From assembly GCA_905178155.1 (NCBI GenBank), contig CAJINV010000003.1:4933863-4997862 (forward strand): 64,000 nt of DNA, written 5' to 3'. Source of the stretch: Amoebophrya sp. A120 (Eukaryota; Protista; Dinoflagellata). Positions 49,960 through 60,399 of the stretch are shown in pieces. Within the stretch, counting starts at the first letter, position 1; each line of letters opens with the position of its first letter. The translations under genes and the position numbers were made by a program. The notes under the pieces are model-generated. The model saw only the letters and a program-made list of their open reading frames with translations. It did not search any database and was not told where the DNA came from.

Positions 49960-51987
49960 TCATCCCATGAGGGCTAGATTCCATGCCTCTGGCTTTACGT
50001 TTGCGCGCGGCTGCGCGATTTTGAAAGTGCACATAATGCCTTTCTTTTCCAGATACACACCAGCCAACTGATTCCAGTGATCACGAATGCTGCTCTTGGA
50101 GAGCAGCATTTTTGCTTCGGCCAACTCTTCAGCTTGTTTCGCCTCGGGAACATGCGGCATACGGTTGAAAGCCACTACCCGCGACAAGTGTGCGAGCAAC
50201 GCCGGGCCAATGGTGGCAAATTTGCAGTAAACGTCGCAGCCGAGCTTTTGGTAGAGATCCTCGCAACGCAGGTACCCGAAGCCGCCGGTGTCGCGCGAGG
50301 GGTGCCACGTCACGACGTGTCCGCAATACGTGTGCTCAGGATCGATTACCTTGTCGGGCATCGCCAACGCATTGGCCGGAAGATGATTCCCCTGCTCTTT
50401 CCACCCCTGGGCAGTCGAGGACGAGCCCGCCTCGGCCTCGCCGCCACCCTGCCCGGGCGCGGGACAACCGTACTCGTCCTTCCAAAAGAACTCGAGCCCG
50501 ACCGCCATCTCCTTCTTCTGGACGCCGTCGCGCTTCGACTGCTCCAGCGTGAACAGCACGCACAACTCGTCCTGGTTCTTCGCTAGAAATTCCGTCACCT
50601 GCTTGCTGTCAATGGTGTTTATGTCCAAGTAGCGACGGTCGCTGCGACTGATGAAGTCCTGGTCGCATTCCTTCTTGAAGGCCGGGAACTTCCGCAGCGC
50701 CCGCGTCACCTCGGTGAGCAGCACAAAAATGTCCTTGCTACTTTGCAGCGGATACTTCCCCGTGTGCAGACCGTGGAAGTGCGAGTGAGGCCGGATGAAA
50801 CCGAAGTTCGCGCGAAAGTCCACCAACCGGCCTAGCGCTCTTCCCGCCGGCAAATCGTAGTGCCCGTCCGGCACCAGCCACTTCTTAAGGCCCTTGGGTG
50901 CGTCCTTCGACCTGCCGAGATCAGAAAAGTAGCGCGCGGCTTCGGCCGGGTCGAGGTCCCTTTTTCCGCCACCTTGCACGTTCATCGTGGCGTTTGGTCT
51001 AGGAAGCGGAGCACTTGTCGTGGCCGCTGCGCTCGGAACTTTGTTGATATTTTGTGCCCCCGTGTTTAACATCATTCCAGTTGCAGCACCTCCAGTTGCT
51101 GTTGTACTAGTGCTTGACGACGCTGGGAGCTTGTTCATCCCGACTTTCTTCTGCATGAGGGCAATTTGGGTTGACATTTGGTCGATAGATTTCTGGAACA
51201 TCGACAGCACGCCTTGAGGCGCCACAGGCTGTTTAGCCGTAGCACTACTAGTACCAGAGGAAGCTGCACTAGCCCCCGTGCGAAAGTCACGGTCCGCGGA
51301 CGAGGCCACGCCCTGTTGCGTCAGGTAGTTCCACCAGGAAGCGTCGTTCGTCGCCCCTCCCGCAAAGGGGTTTGAGGTCGAGGAGGAGGCGCCCCCTGTT
51401 CCGGCGGCCGCCCCGGTGGACGAGGCTGTGGCGCTCCACCAGTCGTTGGCTGTAGCGCTCGGATTTATTCCCCATGAGGCAGTATTGTTCCAGTCGTCAG
51501 CGGCACCAGTGCCCCAATTATTCCAGGACTGGTCGTCCGTGCGGGCCATCTTCGGTGCGCTCCCCGCGGCTGCCCTGGTGGCTGCGGCGGCCGGGCGCTT
51601 GAAGGAAGCTGCCCCGCCCGATGCGGGTTGATTTGGAAAGTAGCCCTCCAGATCTGCCCACATCTGGTTCCACTGTTGGTCGTCACCCGCTCCGTAGCCC
51701 TGCATGATGTTGTTCTGTCCGTACATTTGCGCATTGCCATTGTTCCCGTAGTTGTTTTGAGCGAACGCATTTGGGAAAGCTGTTCCCTGCGGCTGTAACT
51801 GCGCCCCGTTCCCACCGAGCGTCTGAGTCTTCTGCGGGGCATTTGTCGCGGTGGCCTTGGTGAAGGGGAGAGAATCGAAATCGGGCACCCACGCCTCGCA
51901 ATTGTCACACAACTTCTGATCTGACGTCTCCACCTGCGCCTGACAGGCGACACACACAGGAAAGTCCACCGGTGCAAGAAACATCAT
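49960..51987 (-). CDS. Cold-shock-domain-like nucleic-acid-binding protein with an N-terminal CxxC...CxxC zinc ribbon
   Basis: CVACQ...CDNCE at the N-terminus. RNP1-like GRLVDFRANFGFIRP...DIFV and GHVVTWHPSRDTGGFGYLRC...DVY. Q/N/G/W-rich disordered linker. Confidence 0.7.
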   Translation of the reverse strand: MMFLAPVDFPVCVACQAQVETSDQKLCDNCEAWVPDFDSLPFTKATATNAPQKTQTLGGNGAQLQPQGTAFPNAFAQNNYGNNGNAQMYGQNNIMQGYGAGDDQQWNQMWADLEGYFPNQPASGGAASFKRPAAAATRAAAGSAPKMARTDDQSWNNWGTGAADDWNNTASWGINPSATANDWWSATASSTGAAAGTGGASSSTSNPFAGGATNDASWWNYLTQQGVASSADRDFRTGASAASSGTSSATAKQPVAPQGVLSMFQKSIDQMSTQIALMQKKVGMNKLPASSSTSTTATGGAATGMMLNTGAQNINKVPSAAATTSAPLPRPNATMNVQGGGKRDLDPAEAARYFSDLGRSKDAPKGLKKWLVPDGHYDLPAGRALGRLVDFRANFGFIRPHSHFHGLHTGKYPLQSSKDIFVLLTEVTRALRKFPAFKKECDQDFISRSDRRYLDINTIDSKQVTEFLAKNQDELCVLFTLEQSKRDGVQKKEMAVGLEFFWKDEYGCPAPGQGGGEAEAGSSSTAQGWKEQGNHLPANALAMPDKVIDPEHTYCGHVVTWHPSRDTGGFGYLRCEDLYQKLGCDVYCKFATIGPALLAHLSRVVAFNRMPHVPEAKQAEELAEAKMLLSKSSIRDHWNQLAGVYLEKKGIMCTFKIAQPRANVKPEAWNLALMG

Positions 51988-52856
51988 CGGCCGTCCATTC
52001 GCGTAGTAGGGTCTGCGTCTTCTCTTCCTACTTTACTTATGTCAGTCAATAGGAAAGAACGATGTTCGGACAAATGATTGTCGCCCCTAGAAGTGGTATT
52101 GCGCGACAGACTTTCTGGTTGCCATAAAGTCGCATCAGTTCGGAAAAATGAAGCGTAAAATGAGGAAATCGCTGAGGGTAAGTACCGCTGTGAACTGGAG
52201 TTCTAGCTAATTGATTCCGAGGCATTACCGCTAATTTCTTTGTATCGATAATCAGAACAAAGAAAAAATTTGATCCCAGTCCGGCGCAGCGCTTGGATCG
52301 CTTTTGTGTGCACCACTCGAACAAGAACTCAATCTGATGAGACTGGTCAATTTTGGTGCGCTATGCCACGCGCAACGGTATGAAGTTCATTGATTGCGAT
52401 GATTCGCTTGAAAGCTAGATTCTACAGTGTAGGTAGGTCGAGCGCTTGAAGCTCTGTCAGAGTCAGTGGCTCTTGAACAAGCGCAAACTACATCAGCGTG
52501 TTACTACTGTGCAACTAGTATTTCTGGCAAGCGTCCTGGCATGGCATGACCACGGACTGCAATGCTGCTCTAAGCTCTGAAATTCGAAATCAGTGAGAAA
52601 CTTCTTGTAAGTTTGTGTGTGAGAAGATAGAATGAAACGTGAGACTGAGGATAAAAAGACGAAGACGAAACTTGACTACAAGTAATTTTACGTGTAACAG
52701 CGCGAGCCCGGACTACTATACAAGCGACTGTTTGGAGAAGAAGAAGACCACGCGGGAAGCTACAAAAACAGCCCTGATCTCATCAGATATAATTGGAACG
52801 ACAAAGTACAACCCGTTTTCGTTTTCTGTCGCTGTTCGCCTTCGAGTATTACTACC

Positions 52857-55800
52857 TCAGGCATTGAGCAGCCCCCACTTGCGTCGGTAGCTGTGAAACG
52901 CAGCCAGCACATCCCGCAGGTGCGGGACAACATCCTGCCCGCGTCGGTCCTCCCCGGTTAACAGTGGTGCGCGCTGCTTTGTGCCGCCGGGCGCGTGCTG
53001 CATGGTGACCGCCTGTATCAACTGTAAAAGTGTCTGGGTCTGGAAGAATTCATGTTTGTCATGCTTGTCTGGCATGACTCTGAAATCTGTCATGCACGTT
53101 ACCCAAGAGCTCCGTTTTTCTATGATGCAGAAGCGCAGTTTGTCATGCAGAATAGGCAACACCTAGGAGCTCAGAAACTTGTCATGCTGAGCCAGCATCT
53201 GTAGCCTCATCATGAGACGCCACCCAGCATCACAAGTTTCCAGACCCAGACATTTTTACTTTTGATAGCCTGCAGGACCTGCATGGCATTCTGTGCCTTT
53301 TCCATCAACAGCCGGCGGTTGCGATCGATGACCAGCAGACTGACGGTATGCAAGAAAAAAACTGTGTGAGTGTAACTCTGTGATGCAGAAAGTGGAAAAC
53401 TATTACACTTGTCATGCTGGATCTGCGTCATAGGCTACTTTCATACGTGTTTTCACGTACTAGCTGCGCATGACAGGTTTTGCCTGTAATGCAAAACGGA
53501 TTTGTGATTCTGTTTTTCCTACAAAGTTACACTTACACAGTTTTTTTCCTGGATAGACGGTTTCGTGCACCAAATCGAGCTGCAGGAACAGCACCCCGGT
53601 GTTCTGGAACAAATCATAGGTCACCTTGCGCGCCTTGCAGAAGCTGAAGATCTGCGAGTGCGTGCAGCGATCCAAGCCCGGCACCTCGCACGTGAGCACG
53701 ACCAGCGCCACTCGCTCATTCGCGGCGTGGTCGGTTTTGTGGTAGCCTGGGGCGTGCGGCGCCAGGTACAGGCGTCCGTCGTCGCCCAGCTGACACTGCC
53801 CAATGAACTGCAGCGCGGCAAAAGCGGAAGCAGCGTCCGTGATCCTGACGTCCACATCCACAACCCAGAACCGGTACGGAAAACACACGTTGCGCATCCT
53901 GTTGGTTGACCAACGATATTTCTAGTAAAGCTACAGCTCGTTTAGGTGGAGATGAGCACTTGAAAACGAAAGACAACAAAACAAGACGGACATCACGACC
54001 AAAGGATCAAGTCCAAGCCAGGCTGTTATTTCTGTATATTACCCTGCAACGGTGCACGGAAGCACGACATTCTCCCGAAACTCATCTTCGGTTTTTTCTT
54101 GCAACAGCTTGCGCGCCTGCACGGCGGCCTCTGGATCGAAGGGGGTTCCCGGGGGTTCCGGCGATTTGAATGGCGCCAGAAACTCCCCCGTTTGACCGGG
54201 GTCAAGTGGCCTTCGCTCTTCGGGCTCGAAGTCCTTGTTCTCGAAGCATACCAGATCCACCGAGGCGTGACCAAGCATGTCCTTCGCGGCTAAAACACGA
54301 CCTGGTGACAACGACCATGTTAATGTTGTGAACAGCTTCCGTTTATCACCGGCGAAATCAAAGTAGCTCGCGCATCAAAGGGTCACGCGATTGAAAGATG
54401 AAAAACAAGAGGTTTCTTGGAGTCTGTCGCTTAGCAAGTAGGTACCTGTGCTCTGTGCGAAGGCCTCACAGACGGGGAGCGGCACCTGATCGGGACTTTG
54501 CAGTGGCAGGAGGCACGCGACTGGCTCGAAGTTCGAGCTGAAAATGTATTCCGAGGTCGCGAGCAGCTGGGTGCGCTTTTCCGGTAACACCTGAAAATGC
54601 ACGGTGGGAAAGCTGAGCACCTCGCCGGGAACTGCCTGTATTATGCCGCCCCGCTTGCAGAATTCTGGGATGAAATCAGCCAGCTCGCTGGGGTACATGC
54701 GACCACCGCCGCAAAGCAGAGCTTTCTTGGGAAACGCACGCGCAACCACGTCGCGGGCCATTCGGATTAGAAGATCCCGTAACTCGGTACTAACTGGCCC
54801 GGCGCTGCTCACACGATACAAGCCCGCCACACGGTCAACGGTCACGTCACTCGTTCTTTTACCTGGTGAGATAGATCGATAGTACAAATGATATCGATTC
54901 CGACTGACAGAAAAATCAATGTTCCGCGAAATAAAACTTCGTCCAATCAACACCTTCTGCGGTTGCCGAGTGCAGGAAGCTTTCCATGGCCCGATGTTGC
55001 AGTTCGGCAATGCTCTTGCGCACGTTTGTGTCCACATGGAAGATGGCGGATCCCTTGCCGCGGAACTCGTCGTCAATCTTAAAAATCCATTTTGGCACGG
55101 TCGGGTGCTCGTAAAGCTGGACGCCAAACTGATGGTACAGCTCTTCCTCGTCGTAGAGGTCTACGCTGGTTGGCGGGTGCGGTACCTGCGCCAGAGTCAC
55201 CAGGCGCTGCATGGCGCTCTTTGTTCCGAGATAGTCCACGTTTTTCGGGTTTGCACCATACAGGGGAACGTTGAGCTGTGCGGACAACTGCAACTCGGCG
55301 AACGTGACGCCGTGTCCCGGGATGAGAACGCTGCGCTCCTCCCGTCCGCGGATGAGAACTTTTTTTTTTTGTTCGTCGGAATCCTCTTTTTCTCATGATC
55401 ATATAGATACTCACAAATTGCAAGAAATAATAATTCTTCTACGTAAAACTAGAGCCAAATCGATGATCAGCGACATTTTTAACAGGCCAACAGTTGAGTC
55501 GTTACCGCGCAATCGGTTCATCGCTCTGCGGGAGAGCAGCAAGCAGTGCGCGAGCGTCATGTGGGCGGGGATCGCGGGGCTGTCGAGCTTTTCCGGCACC
55601 AAAATTTGCAGACGGCCTTGCGGATTCTGGATGCCGCGGTACTCCATGACCTTCGCCATGTACTCCAACAGGTCCTCGTGCAGCGGCTTGGAGCACACCA
55701 ACACCACGTCCGGTGGCGGCTCGTCATTTTTTGGGCCGCAGTACCCCAACCGAAACAGCCGCGAGATTTGTGCGTTCTGCACGCTGGGAAACGAGTGAAT

Positions 55801-58800
55801 ACACGCGCGCCGAAACTCCGGCACCGAGAGGGACAACAGGTGGATCTCGAGCCGTCGGACCGTGCGGGCGGCCTGCGCAGAACTGCTGAACTTCGACCGC
55901 AGCCGCGTGAACCGCTTTACCTCCTCCTCGCGCACCAAATTAATCGCCTTCTTGGTTTCCACGAGGTTCTGGCAGCTCACCCAGGCAACCTGGATCGTTT
56001 TCGCGGCCCGGTGGAACTTCAGAAGCAGCGCCATTTTCAGTTTGCACTGAAACATCTGCCACCCGCCCCAGATGCACTCCGCCGCGAGCTCGCGTCGCAG
56101 AGGCCCCCGAAACCGCAAACCCGGTATTTCGTGCTCGAGGAACGGCAGCTCCTCCAGGTTCTTCACGCACGTGCCCACAATTTGCGCCTCCGAGAAGTTG
56201 CGGCGGTCGCGGTTCCCGAGGGCGAAAATCACGTCGATCATCTTACTAACGTCGATGATCGCCAGGGGCGCTTTCTTCAACTTTCGGCACAGCAGCGTAA
56301 ACACGTCCAGCAGCTGCGGCCAGTTGTTGCGCTGATTCTCCTTCAGGTCGGCGAGGTTCTGGAAAATGTTGCCGTATCGGATGCACACGTATCCCTCGAT
56401 CTCCTCCCGGGAGGGCACGTGGTGCAGTCCGTAGCGCGCCAGAATTTCGCGGCGCGCGAGGTCTTCCGCCTCGTGCTGCAAAGGATCGTCCTGTTCCTGC
56501 CGCAGCAGGTCTCGCCTACTACTACTGGAGGACGTGCCGTGCTTGCGGTGTCGGCCTTTCCTCGCCTCCCCGGCCACTCCAAACGACGTGTTGGGTCTTG
56601 GCGCGTCGGCGTCCAGCGGAACCAGTGCCGTCGAAGATGAACTGGGCGCGTTCTGTCCTTCGGGCGGTCGCCCATGCGGGATGCCGTGGGGGTCGGCAGC
56701 GAGATCGGCGCCTCCTTGACCACTGCGTGAGGCATGCACCGAAAGATAGGATTGCAGAACCGACGGAGCGGACGCTCCATCTGAACCGGCTGTTGGTCCT
56801 GCGTGGGACGTGCTGGTCCTTTCTCCAGGATGATCTGCGGCCGCACTTCCGAGGACGCCCCCGCCCTGTTCGTTCTCGTAATACAAGATCCTTTGCTTGG
56901 GTTGCTCACCGGTGGGTTTCGGACTCTTGTTGTCGAGCGTCTGGTCTTCGGGGATGTTCTCGAGCGCTCGCGGCAGCTGCGCCGCACTGGTCGACGCGTG
57001 TATCTGTAGGCGGGAAAACGCGGCGGGGTGCTCCACGGGATTGAAGTTGCCGAGCACCTGGGTGCGGAAGTAGCTCACCGAGTATTCGGCCGACGGCGCG
57101 TCGTCGTCCTCAGCGAAGGAGTGGCTCTTCTCGTCCTCCACGTTCTTCTTGGAGGACCACAAGACCCGCCTTACCCAGGGGTCGACGGCTAACGTCTCGC
57201 GCGCGATGATGGTGTTCGAGGACCGTTCGATTGTGTACGCCTCCTTCAACACCAGCAAGTTGTTGCTCACCAGCGGAAACACCAGCGGCGGCGGCTGCGG
57301 CTGGTGGATCTCGTCCATCTCCAGGCTGCGCTCCTCCTCCTTGGCGGACGATGCCGTCAGTCGCTGGAGCAGGTCCGCACTCAGCAGCTCCTCCCACACC
57401 GCCACGTCGGCCGGGTCCGTGGTCGTGCCGCCGCTGGTCTCTACGTAGTAGTAGATTTCCTTGGCAATCCGGTTGGCCTGCTTGTCGATGCTGAAGATCT
57501 CGCGCTGGAGCAGGCGGTCCTTCCTCTTGTCCACGGTGAAAAGCTCCTTCGACAACAGGTCCTGCGAGTTGCGATCGATGTGGAACACCTCCTTCACCAG
57601 ACGGTCCTCGTATCAAATGCAAATATGTCTGGGTCTGGGAGAATGCTAAATTTCTCATGCATATTTTCCATGCCCCATGAGGTCTGGAATGCAGGACCTA
57701 GCATGACAGGTTTTGCGAAGTCTCTGCCATGCCTATCCTGCATGACAAACTGCCTCTAAACTTGTTCAAAAGTGGACAGCTTTTGGTAATCACGCAACAC
57801 AAGTTTTTGTACGATCCAGACTTAGCATGACAAGTTCGCGTCCTTCCAGACCCAGACATATTTGCAATGCATACCTCGGTCTCCGACGCAATCACCTCCT
57901 TCTTCACTGCGTCGTGGCTCATGTGACTGCTGCTCGACGTACTTGCGGCAGGAGCTGCCCGCTGTTGTCCCGTGGACGACGAGCCGGAAAACATGCCCTC
58001 CTCCCCGGTTATGAAGGTGAAGTCTCCCGGGTCGTGGTCCATCCCACCAGACGAGGCTGCACCAGCTCCGGGGCCACCTGATGTGTGTACAGTTTCATGT
58101 ATCCATCTGCAAAAGGCCGTCCGAACAACATTCTCGTGATCTACTTATCGCGCAGTTTTTAGCATGAACGAAAGACCGACAGCACGTATGCAAAAGAACA
58201 AAGCATGTGTAGCTCCTCGCAAAGAATTCTTAAAACCTCCTTTCCCTTGCAACCGCGCCATTGCCTCTATACTTTCGTCTCTGAAAAGCCGCGTCTCATC
58301 GGGGCTGGGGCTCCGCAAGACAATAGCGTGGTTGAGGCTCGCCTTTTCCTCCTCGGACATAATCGGTGGCGCAGGACTTGGGGCACTACGAGGTATTCTG
58401 GGCAACAAGTCCGTGAGCGGCACAAGCACATCACACTCGCCTGATTGATTTTTCACTCGCTTTTGTCGACGCGATACCTAACAGGCGGCAGCGAAGTGCG
58501 TGACTTTTATTCCCGGGCGAAAAAGATGCAGATAATTATAAATGTCTCTAGCGAGCTACAAGTACTTTTTACCATGACTGTTGATGTAGCTGCGCTGTCC
58601 TGCGATTGCACTCCTGCTATTCCCCCGCGATGGCGGCTTGACGGGGCAGGGTACCACTGGCGTGTGGTCCAGTTTGACCATGGCCGTGGGTAGGTTCACC
58701 GCAGTTGCTCCTTTCTGCGCCAGCCGGTCGTGCGGAGCGTACATGCGCGATCGCTTTTGCTTCACCACTTCCTGCAAACCGGGCGTGAGATCCACCGACG

Positions 58801-59850
58801 CGGGCAAGAATCCGCGATTTCGCAACGAATAAAGCCCGCATTCTAAATCTCGCTCCGTGAGTTCTGGGGGCTCTGCGCCGGGGTCCTTTCGATTGATTCG
58901 CGGAAGGATCCTGATGAATCAGAATGTGACACGCCTAGCTATCCAAAATAACGTATAATTTTTGGTCGAACAAGATGCACACAGAATTTGCTCCACATCT
59001 TCGCCCCAATCCACTGTAGAAGGAGAAGAAACCCGAAGCCGCACACTACTAAAAGTATGGGAATGGGCTGCATCTATTACAGATGAGAGCATGATGAAAA
59101 TCAAAATGAAGGACTGAATAAATTAATATCTCCAAAATCTTGGATCTTCAAAGAAACACCTCTTGGACGCGGCAGTCTTCCCGCGGTGAACGGATGACCG
59201 CGACCGGGGTCGGGCGGTGGAGGACGAGGATCCGCCGGCCACCTCTTGTGGCGTACTGAGCAGCGGAGGCACGACGCCTGTCCTTGTCGTTCGCGATGGT
59301 CGCCGGCCAAAGGTCGAGGACTTTCGCTTCGCCTCCTCCTGCTGCTCCAGTTGAGCTTGATAGGCCAGGATCTGTTGTGGTACAGCACATGATCTCCTCG
59401 AATCATAAACTCAGATTGAAACGACGGATTGGATATAGTTGTTGCAAGTTCGTTTCAAGTGAGAGCGCAGCAGCTTGGGTTCTTGCTCCTTTTCCTACGT
59501 TTATGTACTTCGTGAAAAATTCTATCAGAGGGTTGCGAGCCATGCGCTTTGATTTGAAAGCAATTGCATCGAACCTGCATGATGTATATACTTTTTCCCA
59601 CGCGGCGCACGCCGCGTGGATTGGTTCTTATGTACTTCGTGAAAGCGAGCGGACAAATCTATAATTGCTTTTCAAGTAGCGTAAGTCGTACCTCGGCTGC
59701 TTTGCTGCGCAAGTTCTTTTCTGCGGACTCGAGCCGCTCCCGTAGAACCCCCGTCTGGCTTCCATCTCCGGCCGAGTTCTCAAGTTCGGCTTTCAGACCA
59801 CGGAGATCCGCATGGAGGTCGTACAATATGCGACCGACCGACACCACCAT
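52857..59850 (-). CDS. IQCH: IQ-motif-containing protein H-like, multi-exon, with three TIR elements and several GT-AG introns
   Basis: Motifs AAKTIQVAW, EIHLLSLS, QNAQISRL, LGTKSAMQRL, WIFKIDDEFRGKGSA and GHASVDLVCF. Element removal joins ASETE|DRLVKE, VHETV|SLLVID and QVLQA|VTMQH. The 5' exons (58145-59850) are less certain. Confidence 0.8.
53016..53267. mobile_element. Family A element (252 bp)
   Basis: TIR TATCAACTGTAAAAGTGTCTGGGTCTGGAA / TTCCAGACCCAGACATTTTTACTTTTGATA. Perfect TSD GCCTG at 53011-53015 and 53268-53272. Confidence 0.95.
53347..53555. mobile_element. TIR family D element (209 bp)
   Basis: 31-bp TIR TATGCAAGAAAAAAACTGTGTGAGTGTAACT with 3 mismatches. Perfect TSD GACGG at 53342-53346 and 53556-53560. 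Confidence 0.94.
57611..57873. mobile_element. Family A element (263 bp)
   Basis: TIR TATCAAATGCAAATATGTCTGGGTCTGG / CCAGACCCAGACATATTTGCAATGCATA. Perfect TSD CCTCG at 57606-57610 and 57874-57878. Confidence 0.95.
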
Positions 59851-60399
59851 TGGGAGGAGATCGCCACTCCCACGAGGTGGCTACTCTGCTACATGGTCCT
59901 ACCCCCAGGAGCCGCCCCCTTCAGCGGTTCATTCCCCATCTACCCTTACGCTCTCACAGGTTGCGCTCCGAAAACGACGTAAAGACGAGGTCACGAAAAA
60001 ATTATCGTACCGAAAAATGATACGACGCCACAAAAAAAGTGGTATAGAAAGAACTGCATGTTTGATAAAGCAGACGAAGAGACTCTCAGCAACCAAGCCC
60101 AAAAATAAAAAAGGAAACCCTGCAGCCTTTGAAAAGTTGCTCTCGTGTCCGCGCTCAGGGTCTCTCGCAACCCAAGGTCAAGACAGCACACAGGTCTAAC
60201 ATACGAGTCGGTCGTGTAGAAAAGCCCTTGCAATCCGGTTCTGTCGCCGTCAATCCAAAGAGAGACTACGACTTTCGGTATGTCGCGCTCGCGTCTCAAT
60301 TGAAACTGAAAATAGGAATACATCTTTGCACATACTAAGCGATGGAGATTTGTACATATGAACATGTTGCAAAAAGGAAACAGCATGGCGCTGTTTTTC

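Noticed and set aside
53900-54450. Stop-codon readthrough, codon reassignment or non-canonical introns at the IQCH frame breaks
   Set aside because: Ordinary GT-AG introns (GTAAT...CAACAG and GTACC...CACCAG) restore the frame.
55546-56640. Long plus-strand ORFs (e.g. 364 aa here, 29762-30574, 41551-42273) as genes
   Set aside because: They are antisense shadows of GC-rich minus-strand CDS and show no recognisable motifs.
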